From a virus, in the IMG/VR virus record IMGVR_UViG_3300020193_000009, positions 1 through 64,000 of that record: a stretch of 64,000 nt of DNA. One strand, 5' to 3'. The notes beneath the pieces are model-generated. The model was not told the origin of the DNA and did not search any database. It worked only from the letters and a program-made list of their open reading frames with translations. Made by a program: the position numbers and the translations under genes. The number at the start of each line of letters is the position of its first letter. Positions within the stretch are counted from its first letter, which is position 1. Below are positions 35,202 through 45,507 of the stretch, one piece after another.

Positions 35202-35497
35202 TATCTACCGTAACCTTTCTTTCTCATTTGTATTTCTTTTCTTTTTTGTCGCTTTCGTTTTTCAACTTCTTTTTGCATTGGCGATTGCGGTCGCCGCTTT
35301 GCTGTTGAAGAAAGATTCCTGCCTTTTCCTCTAAATCTTAACAACTGATATTTTTCACACCAGTTATACAAACCTTGTGGGGTAATTTCTATATTATAAG
35401 TTTGTTTTAATAGTTTAACTATGTCTGTAAGGTTCATCCTCTTGCGAACATAATGTTCGTAAAGCCAGATTTTATCTTTGTACGGTTCTAGTGCCAT
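35201..35497 (-). CDS. Small HTH DNA-binding protein
   Basis: YKDK.WL..HY....MNLTDI..ITPQGLYNW. Confidence 0.65.
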   Translation of the reverse strand: MALEPYKDKIWLYEHYVRKRMNLTDIVKLLKQTYNIEITPQGLYNWCEKYQLLRFRGKGRNLSSTAKRRPQSPMQKEVEKRKRQKRKEIQMRKKGYGR

Positions 35498-36053
35498 TTG
35501 CGCTCAACATTAAATAATACCACAAACCAATGCCAACTGCATCGATAATATCGTCATCATCAAGATCTTCATTTGTCATTTCAAAGTAATCAGTTATAAT
35601 GTCTCTGACCCTATCTTTTCTTTCTTTTTTTCTACTTGATTCTGTAATTAAGTGCTCTTTATCTTCCTTGGAAAGATTTTTATACCCTATGCCTCGTTTC
35701 CATATCATCGGATTTATATCAACAACTTTCGAGCAATGCTCCTGAGCAACGCCCCAAGAATAACCTATAATATAAGAAATTATTCTACTTGTTTGAAAAT
35801 TTTGAATATACACAGATTGCTCTATCACGCATTCATTTGGTTTATATTTGGCACACACCTCAACTAAACCATCCCTTACAGCCCGAAATTTAATATGCAT
35901 TTCTGTAGACTTGGGAAATTTAATCTTTCCACACTTTATCAAACGAGGTTGCTTAACTCCCATCTCAATTACAGCCCAACCTAAAGAATGTGATGATGGA
36001 TCTAAAGATAAAACTTTAGTAAAATTATTTTTAGCAATAGACTTTATACTCAC
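35472..36053 (-). CDS. ruvC: RuvC-like Holliday junction resolvase
   Basis: VLSLDPS..GWAV, VIEQ, DDIIDAVGIG. Confidence 0.8.
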   Translation of the reverse strand: MSIKSIAKNNFTKVLSLDPSSHSLGWAVIEMGVKQPRLIKCGKIKFPKSTEMHIKFRAVRDGLVEVCAKYKPNECVIEQSVYIQNFQTSRIISYIIGYSWGVAQEHCSKVVDINPMIWKRGIGYKNLSKEDKEHLITESSRKKERKDRVRDIITDYFEMTNEDLDDDDIIDAVGIGLWYYLMLSANGTRTVQR

Positions 36054-36361
36054 ATTTTTTCTTTTCGAAGCTTTTCTTCGTCCCATCCCCAGCTTATGAG
36101 TCTTTGAATGAATCTTTCGTCTTTGCATCTTTCGCATATGTTTTCCTTGTTGTAACGAGATAAAATTGTATTACACTCCGGTGTTTCACAGACTCTTTTT
36201 TTATTCTTGTTACGTTTTTTTTCGTAATAATTTTCTAATAATTTTTTGTTAGTAACTACCCTTCTGCATTCTGCAGAACAATATATACTGTTGTAAACTT
36301 TTGCTTCAAACTTCTTTTTGCATTTTTCGTTTTTGCAAATTCTAAAAACACCACTACCCAC
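36050..36361 (-). CDS. Cys-rich Zn-binding protein
   Basis: C..C..YCS..C; C...C..C..C. Confidence 0.7.
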   Translation of the reverse strand: MGSGVFRICKNEKCKKKFEAKVYNSIYCSAECRRVVTNKKLLENYYEKKRNKNKKRVCETPECNTILSRYNKENICERCKDERFIQRLISWGWDEEKLRKEKM

Positions 36362-37079
36362 TGTCTCCCCAGCATAAAGCAGCCAAATCACAAGAAGAAC
36401 AATTTTTTGATGTTCGCTTGTATGGTCTGTCAGGAATACTTTGTGTTATAAAGTTTCCATAATATTCTCTGTACTTTTTGAATAATTTATTTATAAAGTC
36501 TTGATCTTTTTGAATATATATTGGTAATATCTCTTGATTATTTTTGTTTTCATAAATCACGAAACCAGAATCAAGATTTAAACATTGCATGTATATTTGA
36601 GCTTGACGATAGTGTTCATCTTTTGGTTTTTTATAAATCTGTCTATAATGGAAACCCTCAGAGCTAATTGATTTTAACTCTATCAGCTTATCTCCATACC
36701 AATTAATAATACCATCTGCCGTGCCCTCAATTGGCGGATCAGAATAAGTAACTGGTATTTCTTCATCTACAAGAATACCCATATCTCTAAAATATCCGTA
36801 TAATCTGTCATGTACAGCATGACCATTATCAAATATTCTATGCGTTTGTGGACTAAAATCTGAAGCTACATCTACACCATCAAATAAATAATACCAATAT
36901 CTAGAGCATTGATTGGTATAGCTTGGATGAAACCCACTAACTTTTTTAAATATTGTCTCGTTTTTCTTTAAAAGCTGGTCATCTATTGCTTTACACAAAG
37001 TGTTTTCTAAATCCGTTGGAGATTTAGACTCAACAACAACCACATCCTTTGGCTTTCTTAACTGTTTTAATGATTTCAT
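36354..37079 (-). CDS. Cas4-like PD-(D/E)xK exonuclease
   Basis: GTADG..IELKS..QAQIYM..CSSC.....C. Confidence 0.85.
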   Translation of the reverse strand: MKSLKQLRKPKDVVVVESKSPTDLENTLCKAIDDQLLKKNETIFKKVSGFHPSYTNQCSRYWYYLFDGVDVASDFSPQTHRIFDNGHAVHDRLYGYFRDMGILVDEEIPVTYSDPPIEGTADGIINWYGDKLIELKSISSEGFHYRQIYKKPKDEHYRQAQIYMQCLNLDSGFVIYENKNNQEILPIYIQKDQDFINKLFKKYREYYGNFITQSIPDRPYKRTSKNCSSCDLAALCWGDSG

Positions 37080-37399
37080 TGGTTATAACCGCCCTTTCCG
37101 GCAATTTTTAATGCATTTATATTTTCTGTTAGAGCTTCGTACATAGTTTTCCAAATATCATTTACAAACTTATCTTGGTCTGTCATAACCGCAGACTTTC
37201 TTTTGAATGCCTGTGATTTTACAATCATTAGTGTTCTATACGCAGCAAGTATATTAGCATACTTAATCGCTTGAGTTCCTAAATAATGATCTGGATTGTC
37301 AATAATATCTTGAACAATCCTGATGCATTCAATAAATTCATCAGCTTTATCACCCATTTGCTCAGCAATAATTTCTTTATTAATAATAATGTCTGGCAT
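37076..37399 (-). CDS. Hypothetical helical protein
   Basis: In gene train. Confidence 0.7.
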   Translation of the reverse strand: MPDIIINKEIIAEQMGDKADEFIECIRIVQDIIDNPDHYLGTQAIKYANILAAYRTLMIVKSQAFKRKSAVMTDQDKFVNDIWKTMYEALTENINALKIAGKGGYNQ

Positions 37400-37698
37400 T
37401 ATTCGTACTCGCTTCCTTTAACTAGCTCTTTAAAAACTTCCCAATCAATTATTGCAACTTTTGTTTCAGAATCTTTGCCCATGACTACAGATACGCACGG
37501 ATATCTATAATTGTTATTCCAAGCATCTTTTGTAATCTTTTTCCAAAATTTATGTGTAAGCGTAAATGTTTTTTCATTATGCTTATAGTCAAGCACAAAT
37601 TTATTCATAACCGCATCACCCTTCTTAATTCCTCTACCGGAATTTTTAACAGCCTTTGCCTTGTCTTTTTTTATTTCTTCCTTCTCAGTTCTTTTCAT
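37399..37698 (-). CDS. PD-(D/E)xK nuclease, Hjc-like resolvase
   Basis: NSGRG..KGDA....LDYK. Confidence 0.65.
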   Translation of the reverse strand: MKRTEKEEIKKDKAKAVKNSGRGIKKGDAVMNKFVLDYKHNEKTFTLTHKFWKKITKDAWNNNYRYPCVSVVMGKDSETKVAIIDWEVFKELVKGSEYE

Positions 37699-38609
37699 CC
37701 AAGAATCGCTTTCCCAATTTCTGCACGCTGTTTGTCTGTGAATTCAATAGCGGTAAGACCGTTCCACTTCTGATCTTCGTAAGAATACCACGCGCCTTTG
37801 CGCTGAATGATCTCCATTGCAATAGCGATATCGATTAGTTCTCTATCAACATCTATTTTACCTTCTTGTGGAAGAACATAATAATAACCCGTAGTGCCGA
37901 TGCTTGGTAACTGCTTTGTCTTTTCAATTGTCCATGTAGCACGTTGACTAGTAATAAGGTTTGTGTCATCTCTTTCCATTTCACTCTTCGACATTGACAG
38001 AAACAGTTTAACAATATTATGCATATTGTGATGCACTGTATTACCCATCTTTGCTTTTGTTACAGCAAACATACCACTAAGATCAACTGTCTGGTGAGCA
38101 ACAAAAAGCATAATATTTCTTTCCTTATGCAAATAGTTAACTAGCTTCTGCATAAGGAATCCTTGTGATCTTGATTGAAGACCCATTGCCTTACCGCCCT
38201 CCGGCTTATCATAGAACTCTTCTTTAATAATGTTAGAGAGGCTGTCAAATAAAAAGATGTGCTTTTCGGTTAAATGTGTCAGATATTCATAAATATTTTT
38301 CAATATCTCCTCTACAATTGTTGACTGCACCACTACAATATCTTTAATATCGATACCGCACTTAGCTGCATATTCATCATTATAAGATGATTCTGAATCA
38401 ATAATTATTGGTCGATAGCCGAGTTTCTGTGCTTCAGCAAGAATTCTAAAGCACATTGTTGTCTTACCAACAGAAGGTGTACCCCAGAATAAATGCGTTG
38501 CACCAGTGTTCAACCCACCGCCAAGTGCTCTATTTAATCCAATGCTTGGTGTCGGTATCACTTCGTGTACCGGCATTAAATCGCCCTTGCGTTTATCTAC
38601 TAATAGCAT
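37695..38609 (-). CDS. recA: RecA/UvsX-like recombinase
   Basis: TPS.GLN.ALGGG, GTPSVGKTT, IDSE, FLFDSL, GAWYSY. Confidence 0.9.
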   Translation of the reverse strand: MLLVDKRKGDLMPVHEVIPTPSIGLNRALGGGLNTGATHLFWGTPSVGKTTMCFRILAEAQKLGYRPIIIDSESSYNDEYAAKCGIDIKDIVVVQSTIVEEILKNIYEYLTHLTEKHIFLFDSLSNIIKEEFYDKPEGGKAMGLQSRSQGFLMQKLVNYLHKERNIMLFVAHQTVDLSGMFAVTKAKMGNTVHHNMHNIVKLFLSMSKSEMERDDTNLITSQRATWTIEKTKQLPSIGTTGYYYVLPQEGKIDVDRELIDIAIAMEIIQRKGAWYSYEDQKWNGLTAIEFTDKQRAEIGKAILG

Positions 38610-39099
38610 TTTTCTCCTTTAATGTGTAAAGTGTTCTATCTTGAAATGGTGGATGACCAGGTGTTTCAACAACTGGCATTTTAAAGTTAATTTCGTTCTC
38701 CACAACAAGTCCAGTTCTTGACAATATTGTATCAAATTGGTGCTGCGAAGGCGTGTGTTGTTTTGAAAATTCTATCACGACAACAGAAGATTTTTTTATC
38801 AAATCAACTACGCAATCAAATTCTTTTTCTTCACCTTCAATATGAAGACCTAAAATTACTGTTGCAATTTTTTTATCATGTAATTCACTTGAGTGTGCTG
38901 AATACCAGTCTGAAATACTTCCATGAAATGTATCTTCAAGTGTTTTAAGCGGATCAATGCAATATAGTTTTTTATTTGTTTTTATTTTTTTCCTATACGT
39001 TCCTATGTCAATGACAACATCAATATCATCAAGATAATATTCAGCAACATGATGTCTAATTGAATATGATTTTGTGTAAAGATATTCCCACCTGTCCAT
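38593..39099 (-). CDS. Putative SAM-dependent methyltransferase-like protein
   Basis: VIDIG..CIDP Rossmann-like motifs. Confidence 0.5.
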   Translation of the reverse strand: MDRWEYLYTKSYSIRHHVAEYYLDDIDVVIDIGTYRKKIKTNKKLYCIDPLKTLEDTFHGSISDWYSAHSSELHDKKIATVILGLHIEGEEKEFDCVVDLIKKSSVVVIEFSKQHTPSQHQFDTILSRTGLVVENEINFKMPVVETPGHPPFQDRTLYTLKEKNAISR

Positions 39100-39695
39100 T
39101 AGATTCCAACCTTTGGCATAATCAATGCTGTTCCACACCCGATTGTAAAATTAACAAATCCATAATTATTTTCCTCAGCCCATTGCTTTGAAGCTTGATA
39201 ACAACCAATCCCAAGATTACCAATCTTGGCTCCTACGTTATTTGTATCATGAACAGTAATTGCCCAATTTTCTCTTCTCATTCTACTTCCATAATTGCAT
39301 AAGTCTTTATATACTTGCTCATATGTATGATCTGCATCAACATGTAAATATGCAATATTGTTAAAATTTTCAAAAGCAGAATCGGTTAATTGTTTATATA
39401 TTTTAATCCCCTCATATCCATCTATTACATTTTCATATACAGGTCTGCCCCAAATACCAATATCTGCATCAACAAGTGATGTGTCTATTTTATGAATTAT
39501 TTGTTCTCTCATTAATACTTCTTGTGCATAATGCATCAGTTTTGGTACAAAACCAGCCCCAGAACCTAAACAAACACATACATCCGCTTTTAATGAATAT
39601 GGTAGGGCATAATAAATTGCACCAAGACCAGCAAAATCATTATCTGCACCGTGAGATTCTGACCATTTTGATGTTTCAATTATATCTCTATACAT
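39099..39695 (-). CDS. Class I SAM-dependent methyltransferase (Methyltransf_24-like)
   Basis: CLGSGAG, LHVDADHTYE.V..D, HDT. Confidence 0.8.
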   Translation of the reverse strand: MYRDIIETSKWSESHGADNDFAGLGAIYYALPYSLKADVCVCLGSGAGFVPKLMHYAQEVLMREQIIHKIDTSLVDADIGIWGRPVYENVIDGYEGIKIYKQLTDSAFENFNNIAYLHVDADHTYEQVYKDLCNYGSRMRRENWAITVHDTNNVGAKIGNLGIGCYQASKQWAEENNYGFVNFTIGCGTALIMPKVGI

Positions 39696-39697
39696 TT

Positions 39698-42600
39698 TTA
39701 AACCATTTCTATTTGCATTTTTTTGATCTGCTTGCGCTCAATATAGTCTTCTATCGTAATTATTTTATCAGCAGAATCGAGCTTAAAAGAGTCAAGTCGA
39801 TTAAGTGTTTCTTTATCTTCGACCCTTGATAGTCGTGCTACATACCACTCACCTTTCTTTAACAAACCTTTCACTTTTTTATACACTGCTGCAAAAATAA
39901 CTACCTTAAAAAACTGTTTTCCATCCCAACAATACACACTTGCCATCTCTTTACCTGACGATGTTATAAAATTTCTAATATTGAATACATACATCATTGT
40001 TTTTGGATCATTAATAAAACCAATATCATGTTTATACACCCAGGCATATTTGTGATCTAGCCCTTGTTTCTTCATCATCATTACATTAAACAATTTCGAA
40101 TCTTGCGCTTGATACACGTCACAATATGCGTGCAATGTTCTGTCGCCAATTAGAGCATAAACATAATCCCTCTGTGCCAATTCTGTATTTCTTTCACCAA
40201 AAACAGTGCAGGAACCGGAATGATCTTCAAATTCAACACGCAAATAATTCTGAGCTTTCTTTGTAGACCTCACCACAGCTTTAATCAAGGTAAGGCTTGA
40301 CATTGTTTCATGAAAATCCGCAGCATTTTCAACAAATTCATCAATCTCTGTTTTAAATTCACTTGACTTGATTGGAAATCCAAGCACAGGTAGGTAATAT
40401 CTTTGATGATCAAACTGCGATACGTGACCCATTGAATCAAATGCGCCAACTTTATCAAAATTCTCTCGCAACGGAGCCTTCACCGCAGATTTAGAACACT
40501 TATTATTAAACTCTTCAAAGGAATTAAAAGGTCTTTTGTCAAAAATCTCTTTAATTGCGCTCACACCACAGCCAGTTACATTAGTAAGACCGAACCTAAT
40601 GCCTTCATCTTCACCCGGCAGTGACATTGAGAAGAATTCTTGTGACTTATTGATGTCTGGCGGATAAATTTTAAGCCCTAAGCGTTGTGCTTCCATCAAG
40701 TATGCAGTGATTTTGTCAGTTGCTGACTCATTGTACAAAAGAGCCCATACAAATTCGAGCGGATAATTGACTTTTAACCACATTGTCTGATACGACATCA
40801 AAGAATAGGCAACAGCATGAGATTTATTAAACATATACAACGCCGACATCTCAAATTCAGACCATATTTTGTCCGATTTTGATTTGGTCAAGTAAGGATT
40901 GCTAATAAACTTCTCCTTGAATTTATCAAACTCGGCTACATCACGTTTTTTACCAATAATTTTGCGCAATGAGTCTGCTTCTGACCAAGAAAATCCCGCC
41001 AACAGCACCGCCATTTGCATGAGTTGCTCTTGGAAGATAACTGTGCCATATGTTTCTTCTAAAATTGACTTCACAACCTCATGTGGATACTTCGGATCAG
41101 CATCACCCTTCTTACAGTCAATATATTTCTGCCCTTGCGACAACAAAGCGCCGGGTCTAACCAGGGCATTTGACACCACAAGGTCGTTAAAGTTATCAAT
41201 ACCCATTCTTTCAATCAAATTACGGTAGGCGGCGGCATCAGTTTGAAAAATACCCACCGTATTGATGTTATTAAAGTTCTCATACACCCCTTGGTCATCC
41301 AGAGCCAGGGATTGTGCCTCCACATCAAGCCCATAGCGCTCTCTAATCATCGCTAGCGCGTCTTTAATGACCGATACGGTCTTGAGACCCAAAACATCTA
41401 TTTTTATAAGCCCAACGGCTTCTGCGTCTTCCATCGCAAACGCTGTAACCGCACTTCGCTCCCCGCCTTGAGAGACCTTTCTTGACTCCACAGGGCATAC
41501 TTCTGTTAATGGTACGGCAGATACCACCATTCCTGCAGCATGCACGCCCGCTGTACGCACACGCTCTTGCAATCTCTCTGCCAATACCGGAATATCGGGA
41601 TATTTGCGAACAAATATCTTTCCCTTTTCCGTATTCTTTAATTCTTCGATTGTTTCAAAAAATGGGGTGATGGAATTGATTTCAGCATACGGAACCTGTA
41701 GAATTCGGGCAACATCTTTGACCGCACTCTTTGGCTTAAACGTGCCATAGATCGAAATTGCCGCAACCTTATCTTCACCCCAGCGCGTGGCAAGATAATT
41801 TTTGACTTCATCTCTGCGTTTATCTTCAAAGTCCAGGTCAATGTCGGGATAGTCGTTTCTTTCGGGGTTAATAAATCGGGAAAACAAAAGGTTGTATTTT
41901 ATCGGGTCTACTTTGGTAATGTCGAGCAAGTACGCCAGCACGCTACCGCCAACGGAGCCTCGCCCTGTGCCTCTGCCAATGTTGTTGTTGTCTGCCCATT
42001 TAACAAGATCCCATACAATCAAGAAATAGTCGGCAAAGCCGAGCTGTTTAATAATCTCCAACTCCTCGTTAAGTCGTTGCACATATTCTTCACCCAAGCC
42101 CAGCTCTTTTAGGCGAAAGCTTGTAACTTCAGCCAAATAATCGTCCGAATTTATTGTACGCATAAATTTTGGCAACAGATTCTTTCGCTTTTCCAACTTG
42201 GCAGTGCATTTTTGCGCTACCTCTATCGTATTTTCCAGAATATCGGTACGATCATACCCGGCATCTTTAAACCACGAAGCCACCTCGTCTACATTTGCCA
42301 CATATGGATTAATCTTATCAAACCTAAGAAACCGGTTAGGATACATATTATTAATTTTTGCTACCATATCAATTCCAGCCACATGAATGCAATCAGCATG
42401 CTCTTTAGCATGCCTTTGTTCTGCTGCGTTAAGGCTGGGGTATTGTGAAAGCATTAATAGGATTTCTTCACATCCTTTGTCATGCTTTGTTGGGAAATGA
42501 CAATCTGCTGTTGCTACGACAGGTCTATTATATGTACCCGCCAAACTTATAAGACCGTCATTTAACTCTTTTGGATTCCAAGCCTGTATTTCATAGTAAA

Positions 42601-43105
42601 AATCATCTTTAAATATCTTTAAAAAGCGCTCCGATAACTCTTGAGCCCTATTTGTATCTCCCGCCAAAATTGATTTTGATATAGCACTCGCCATACAACC
42701 GGAAAGCGCAATAATATCATTGTCTACCAATTCTTCAAGAAGATTAAAATCCATTCTAGGCTTGTAGTAAAAATTGTCGCTCCAAGCTTTTTGATTCATC
42801 TTAAATAATTTTTGCAAACCTTCATTTGTTTTAGCAAGGAGTATTAAATGAAACCTTTCGCTTGTGTCTTTTGCATCGTGTTCAATTGATGGTACAAAGT
42901 AGGCTTCAATACCAAACAATGGTTTAACATTGTGTTTATTACAAGCATCTTGGAATTTTAACACACCGCCCATTGTACCGTGGTCTGTAATTGCGGCGGC
43001 AATTTGTCCATTAGTGCTAGTAATTTTGGCAATTTCATCCGGCGTTGACATTCCATCAAGCAGTGAATATTCAGAATGACAATGTAAGTGAACAAATTCA
43101 GTCAC
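39698..43105 (-). CDS. dnaE: DNA polymerase III alpha subunit
   Basis: HLHCHSEYSLLDG PHP domain, GRGSVGGS, PDIDLDF, KIDVLGL, FNKSHA. Confidence 0.97.
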   Translation of the reverse strand: MTEFVHLHCHSEYSLLDGMSTPDEIAKITSTNGQIAAAITDHGTMGGVLKFQDACNKHNVKPLFGIEAYFVPSIEHDAKDTSERFHLILLAKTNEGLQKLFKMNQKAWSDNFYYKPRMDFNLLEELVDNDIIALSGCMASAISKSILAGDTNRAQELSERFLKIFKDDFYYEIQAWNPKELNDGLISLAGTYNRPVVATADCHFPTKHDKGCEEILLMLSQYPSLNAAEQRHAKEHADCIHVAGIDMVAKINNMYPNRFLRFDKINPYVANVDEVASWFKDAGYDRTDILENTIEVAQKCTAKLEKRKNLLPKFMRTINSDDYLAEVTSFRLKELGLGEEYVQRLNEELEIIKQLGFADYFLIVWDLVKWADNNNIGRGTGRGSVGGSVLAYLLDITKVDPIKYNLLFSRFINPERNDYPDIDLDFEDKRRDEVKNYLATRWGEDKVAAISIYGTFKPKSAVKDVARILQVPYAEINSITPFFETIEELKNTEKGKIFVRKYPDIPVLAERLQERVRTAGVHAAGMVVSAVPLTEVCPVESRKVSQGGERSAVTAFAMEDAEAVGLIKIDVLGLKTVSVIKDALAMIRERYGLDVEAQSLALDDQGVYENFNNINTVGIFQTDAAAYRNLIERMGIDNFNDLVVSNALVRPGALLSQGQKYIDCKKGDADPKYPHEVVKSILEETYGTVIFQEQLMQMAVLLAGFSWSEADSLRKIIGKKRDVAEFDKFKEKFISNPYLTKSKSDKIWSEFEMSALYMFNKSHAVAYSLMSYQTMWLKVNYPLEFVWALLYNESATDKITAYLMEAQRLGLKIYPPDINKSQEFFSMSLPGEDEGIRFGLTNVTGCGVSAIKEIFDKRPFNSFEEFNNKCSKSAVKAPLRENFDKVGAFDSMGHVSQFDHQRYYLPVLGFPIKSSEFKTEIDEFVENAADFHETMSSLTLIKAVVRSTKKAQNYLRVEFEDHSGSCTVFGERNTELAQRDYVYALIGDRTLHAYCDVYQAQDSKLFNVMMMKKQGLDHKYAWVYKHDIGFINDPKTMMYVFNIRNFITSSGKEMASVYCWDGKQFFKVVIFAAVYKKVKGLLKKGEWYVARLSRVEDKETLNRLDSFKLDSADKIITIEDYIERKQIKKMQIEMV

Positions 43106-43114
43106 TTTTTCTCC

Positions 43115-43678
43115 TTAAAGCTTAGAAGGATCTGAACTTACCGTAATATCAAATAATGTATCAATGGTATTATATTCTCCCCAATACTTTTGGTTGTACC
43201 ATTGTTTTCTAAGATAACACTTAATACCGTTTTCCTGCAATTTATTTATTTCTGCAGGATTGTCTTCTACCACAAATATTGGATCAATATTTTTAATAAT
43301 GTCAATTTTATTTCCAACTGTTGAGAAATGTGGCAACCTTGAATTTATATTCCACTTTTCCAACCAAGGCAACGCCTGCTCTTTTGATGCTACTTGCTGT
43401 CGTGCTGTAACAATTTCAATATCGTATCCAATGCTAAACCAATAATTTATTTGATACCAAGCATCTTCATACGGCTTCATATTTGCCCAAAATAATACAT
43501 TGTTAAATATTTTTAACATGTCCGGGTCATTTACTTTAGATATTAGTAAGTCGCCATAATTCATTTCATTAACTGGCACACCGATACTGCAAAGCCAATT
43601 GTACATTGCAGTGTCAATGTCGGCAATAACACCATCTAAATCAAATACCATTGTAGGATTGCTTTTTGTTATTTTCAT
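43115..43678 (-). CDS. HAD-family 5'(3')-nucleotidase
   Basis: FDLDGVIAD, VTAR, VEDN. Confidence 0.85.
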   Translation of the reverse strand: MKITKSNPTMVFDLDGVIADIDTAMYNWLCSIGVPVNEMNYGDLLISKVNDPDMLKIFNNVLFWANMKPYEDAWYQINYWFSIGYDIEIVTARQQVASKEQALPWLEKWNINSRLPHFSTVGNKIDIIKNIDPIFVVEDNPAEINKLQENGIKCYLRKQWYNQKYWGEYNTIDTLFDITVSSDPSKL

Positions 43679-43691
43679 TTTCCCTCTTTCG

Positions 43692-43765
43692 TGGAGACAA
43701 AGGGACTTGAACCCTTAGCCTTCTGCTTGCAAAGCAGATGCTCTTGCCAGTTGAGCTATGCCCCC
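43692..43765 (-). tRNA. tRNA-Ala(UGC)
   Basis: G3:U70 pair, TCTGC-TTTGCAA-GCAGA, GGTTCAAGTCC. Confidence 0.95.
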
Positions 43766-43773
43766 TGCCTTAA

Positions 43774-44415
43774 TCACCAACTATCTTTTAATTCACCGGT
43801 AGTCAAGAACACTTGCTGCTTTTCATATGGCAGTCTCATGTAAACATTGTCTAACTGATGCATTGGTAGATCTGTTATAGCCTTAAGCTCGGGCGACACA
43901 TCCAGAGGAATAAGCGAATAATTTGTATCCGCCGCCGTTGAGCCAGTACGTGAATACTTATAATATCTATCAGTAACCGTACTAAACTCTTTTGCATACT
44001 CAATAAGTGTCAAACCAACATGTCGTTGGTTAAATGTTGTATCCAATACTCTTGGCTCCCAAACACCCGGCTCTGTTTCAACCGCAATATTGATAAGTAG
44101 GTGTGGCTTTGGTCTCCACGCTTTATCAACTACTGCCTGCTCACTTGCCCAACATCTATAGTTAAATTCTTCCATAGATGCAGTGGATGCAACTCTCCAT
44201 TTCCAATTGACTGGTGAAGTTACAACCGGTACAGTAATGCCTGTGCCAATAGTTTCAGAATAATTTTTAGAGTCTTCTGTTAATTCTTGTCTAAATCTAA
44301 TTCTAAATGACTGCCCTGCTTGAACAGTAAAGAATCGTTTCGGACCGCTCTTTCCACCTGCCGGTGCTACTGCCTTTTCAAGGTCTTTTAGTGTTTTAAC
44401 TGATGTAAATGCCAT
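43774..44415 (-). CDS. Putative single-stranded DNA-binding protein (gp32-like)
   Basis: Position between primase and dnaE; IRF..INIAV..SRTG....TNYSLIP. Confidence 0.6.
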   Translation of the reverse strand: MAFTSVKTLKDLEKAVAPAGGKSGPKRFFTVQAGQSFRIRFRQELTEDSKNYSETIGTGITVPVVTSPVNWKWRVASTASMEEFNYRCWASEQAVVDKAWRPKPHLLINIAVETEPGVWEPRVLDTTFNQRHVGLTLIEYAKEFSTVTDRYYKYSRTGSTAADTNYSLIPLDVSPELKAITDLPMHQLDNVYMRLPYEKQQVFLTTGELKDSW

Positions 44416-44426
44416 GTAATTTTCTC

Positions 44427-45353
44427 CTATATAATTTGATTTTTGTTGTTAATTGCTTGTTGTATTTCATTACTACCCATCTCACCAGGATCTTTCAATC
44501 CCAGCGGGATGCTTGCGAACGAGAGATTTTTCCCTCGACACATCTCTATGATAGCACGCCGCATGGCATGTCCAGCCTCGTCGTTGTCAGAAAATATGAT
44601 AATTTCATCAAAAAATTTTCGTATCATTTTTATTTGTTTTTCAGACACAGCCGCCCCTAGTGTTGCGACAGTGTTTGGAAAACCAGCTTGGTGAACAAAC
44701 ATGCAATCAATACTACCCTCAACAATTATACACGATGGGTGTTTTTTTGCATTTGATATGTTGAACAAATTATCTGCTCTTTTAAAGCCTTTGTTGTAGA
44801 GATACCTTGGCTCTTGATGTGATTCTATCGCTCTACCAATAAAGCCTGTTAACCTATAGTTGTGCGACCTCACCGGAATAACTACCCTGTTCTTTTGATC
44901 GGAGAAGCCAACTTCAAAATATTTTAAGGTATTAATTGACAACCCCCTTTCAATTAATGTTTTTACCTTTTGCACTTGACTATCATCATCATAATTAATT
45001 AAAACACTGTCAATCACAAGTTCATCAATATCTTCTTTTACATATTTGTAACTATTAAGTTGTTTTTCAACAGATAACTTGTCCAGCGCAAAATCTTTAC
45101 CATATGACTTTCCTGTAAAGTGAAAATACAGTTGCCTAAAATTACCTTTCTTACCGCATGATGGATTAAAGCACTGCCATAAACCTGTTTTAACATTAAT
45201 GTACATAGCGGCTGTATGTACATTTTTGTGAAAAGGGCAAAATACATTTAACTCCTCACCAGCCGCAGACTGCACCGGCACAGAGTATTTTGCAAAGAGA
45301 TTGTAAATCTCTTCCTCTAATTGTTTAGACGAAAATTTTGAATTTATAGACAT
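44427..45353 (-). CDS. dnaG: DNA primase (CHC2 Zn finger + TOPRIM)
   Basis: CPFH..C....C; IVEG.ID; DNDEAG. Confidence 0.92.
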   Translation of the reverse strand: MSINSKFSSKQLEEEIYNLFAKYSVPVQSAAGEELNVFCPFHKNVHTAAMYINVKTGLWQCFNPSCGKKGNFRQLYFHFTGKSYGKDFALDKLSVEKQLNSYKYVKEDIDELVIDSVLINYDDDSQVQKVKTLIERGLSINTLKYFEVGFSDQKNRVVIPVRSHNYRLTGFIGRAIESHQEPRYLYNKGFKRADNLFNISNAKKHPSCIIVEGSIDCMFVHQAGFPNTVATLGAAVSEKQIKMIRKFFDEIIIFSDNDEAGHAMRRAIIEMCRGKNLSFASIPLGLKDPGEMGSNEIQQAINNKNQII

Positions 45354-45507
45354 TACGTTTTGCATCATAGTCTGTAATTAAACTTGTTTTTCCAAACTCA
45401 CCCTTTTTCTTTTTTGCTTCTTCTTCCATCCAGGATCTTAATCTAGACAGCGTTTCAATATCTATAACTTCGCCTGAAACAATAACTTTGTTAATTTTCT
45501 TACGCAT
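45325..45507 (-). CDS. Hypothetical protein
   Basis: TAATG coupling to the helicase gene. Confidence 0.6.
   Translation of the reverse strand: MRKKINKVIVSGEVIDIETLSRLRSWMEEEAKKKKGEFGKTSLITDYDAKRNVYKFKIFV

Noticed and set aside
39698-43105. Intein, intron or foreign GC-richer patch in dnaE (about 41000-42300)
   Set aside because: Length and motifs are continuous with no splice signatures. The modest GC rise could not be quantified by eye.
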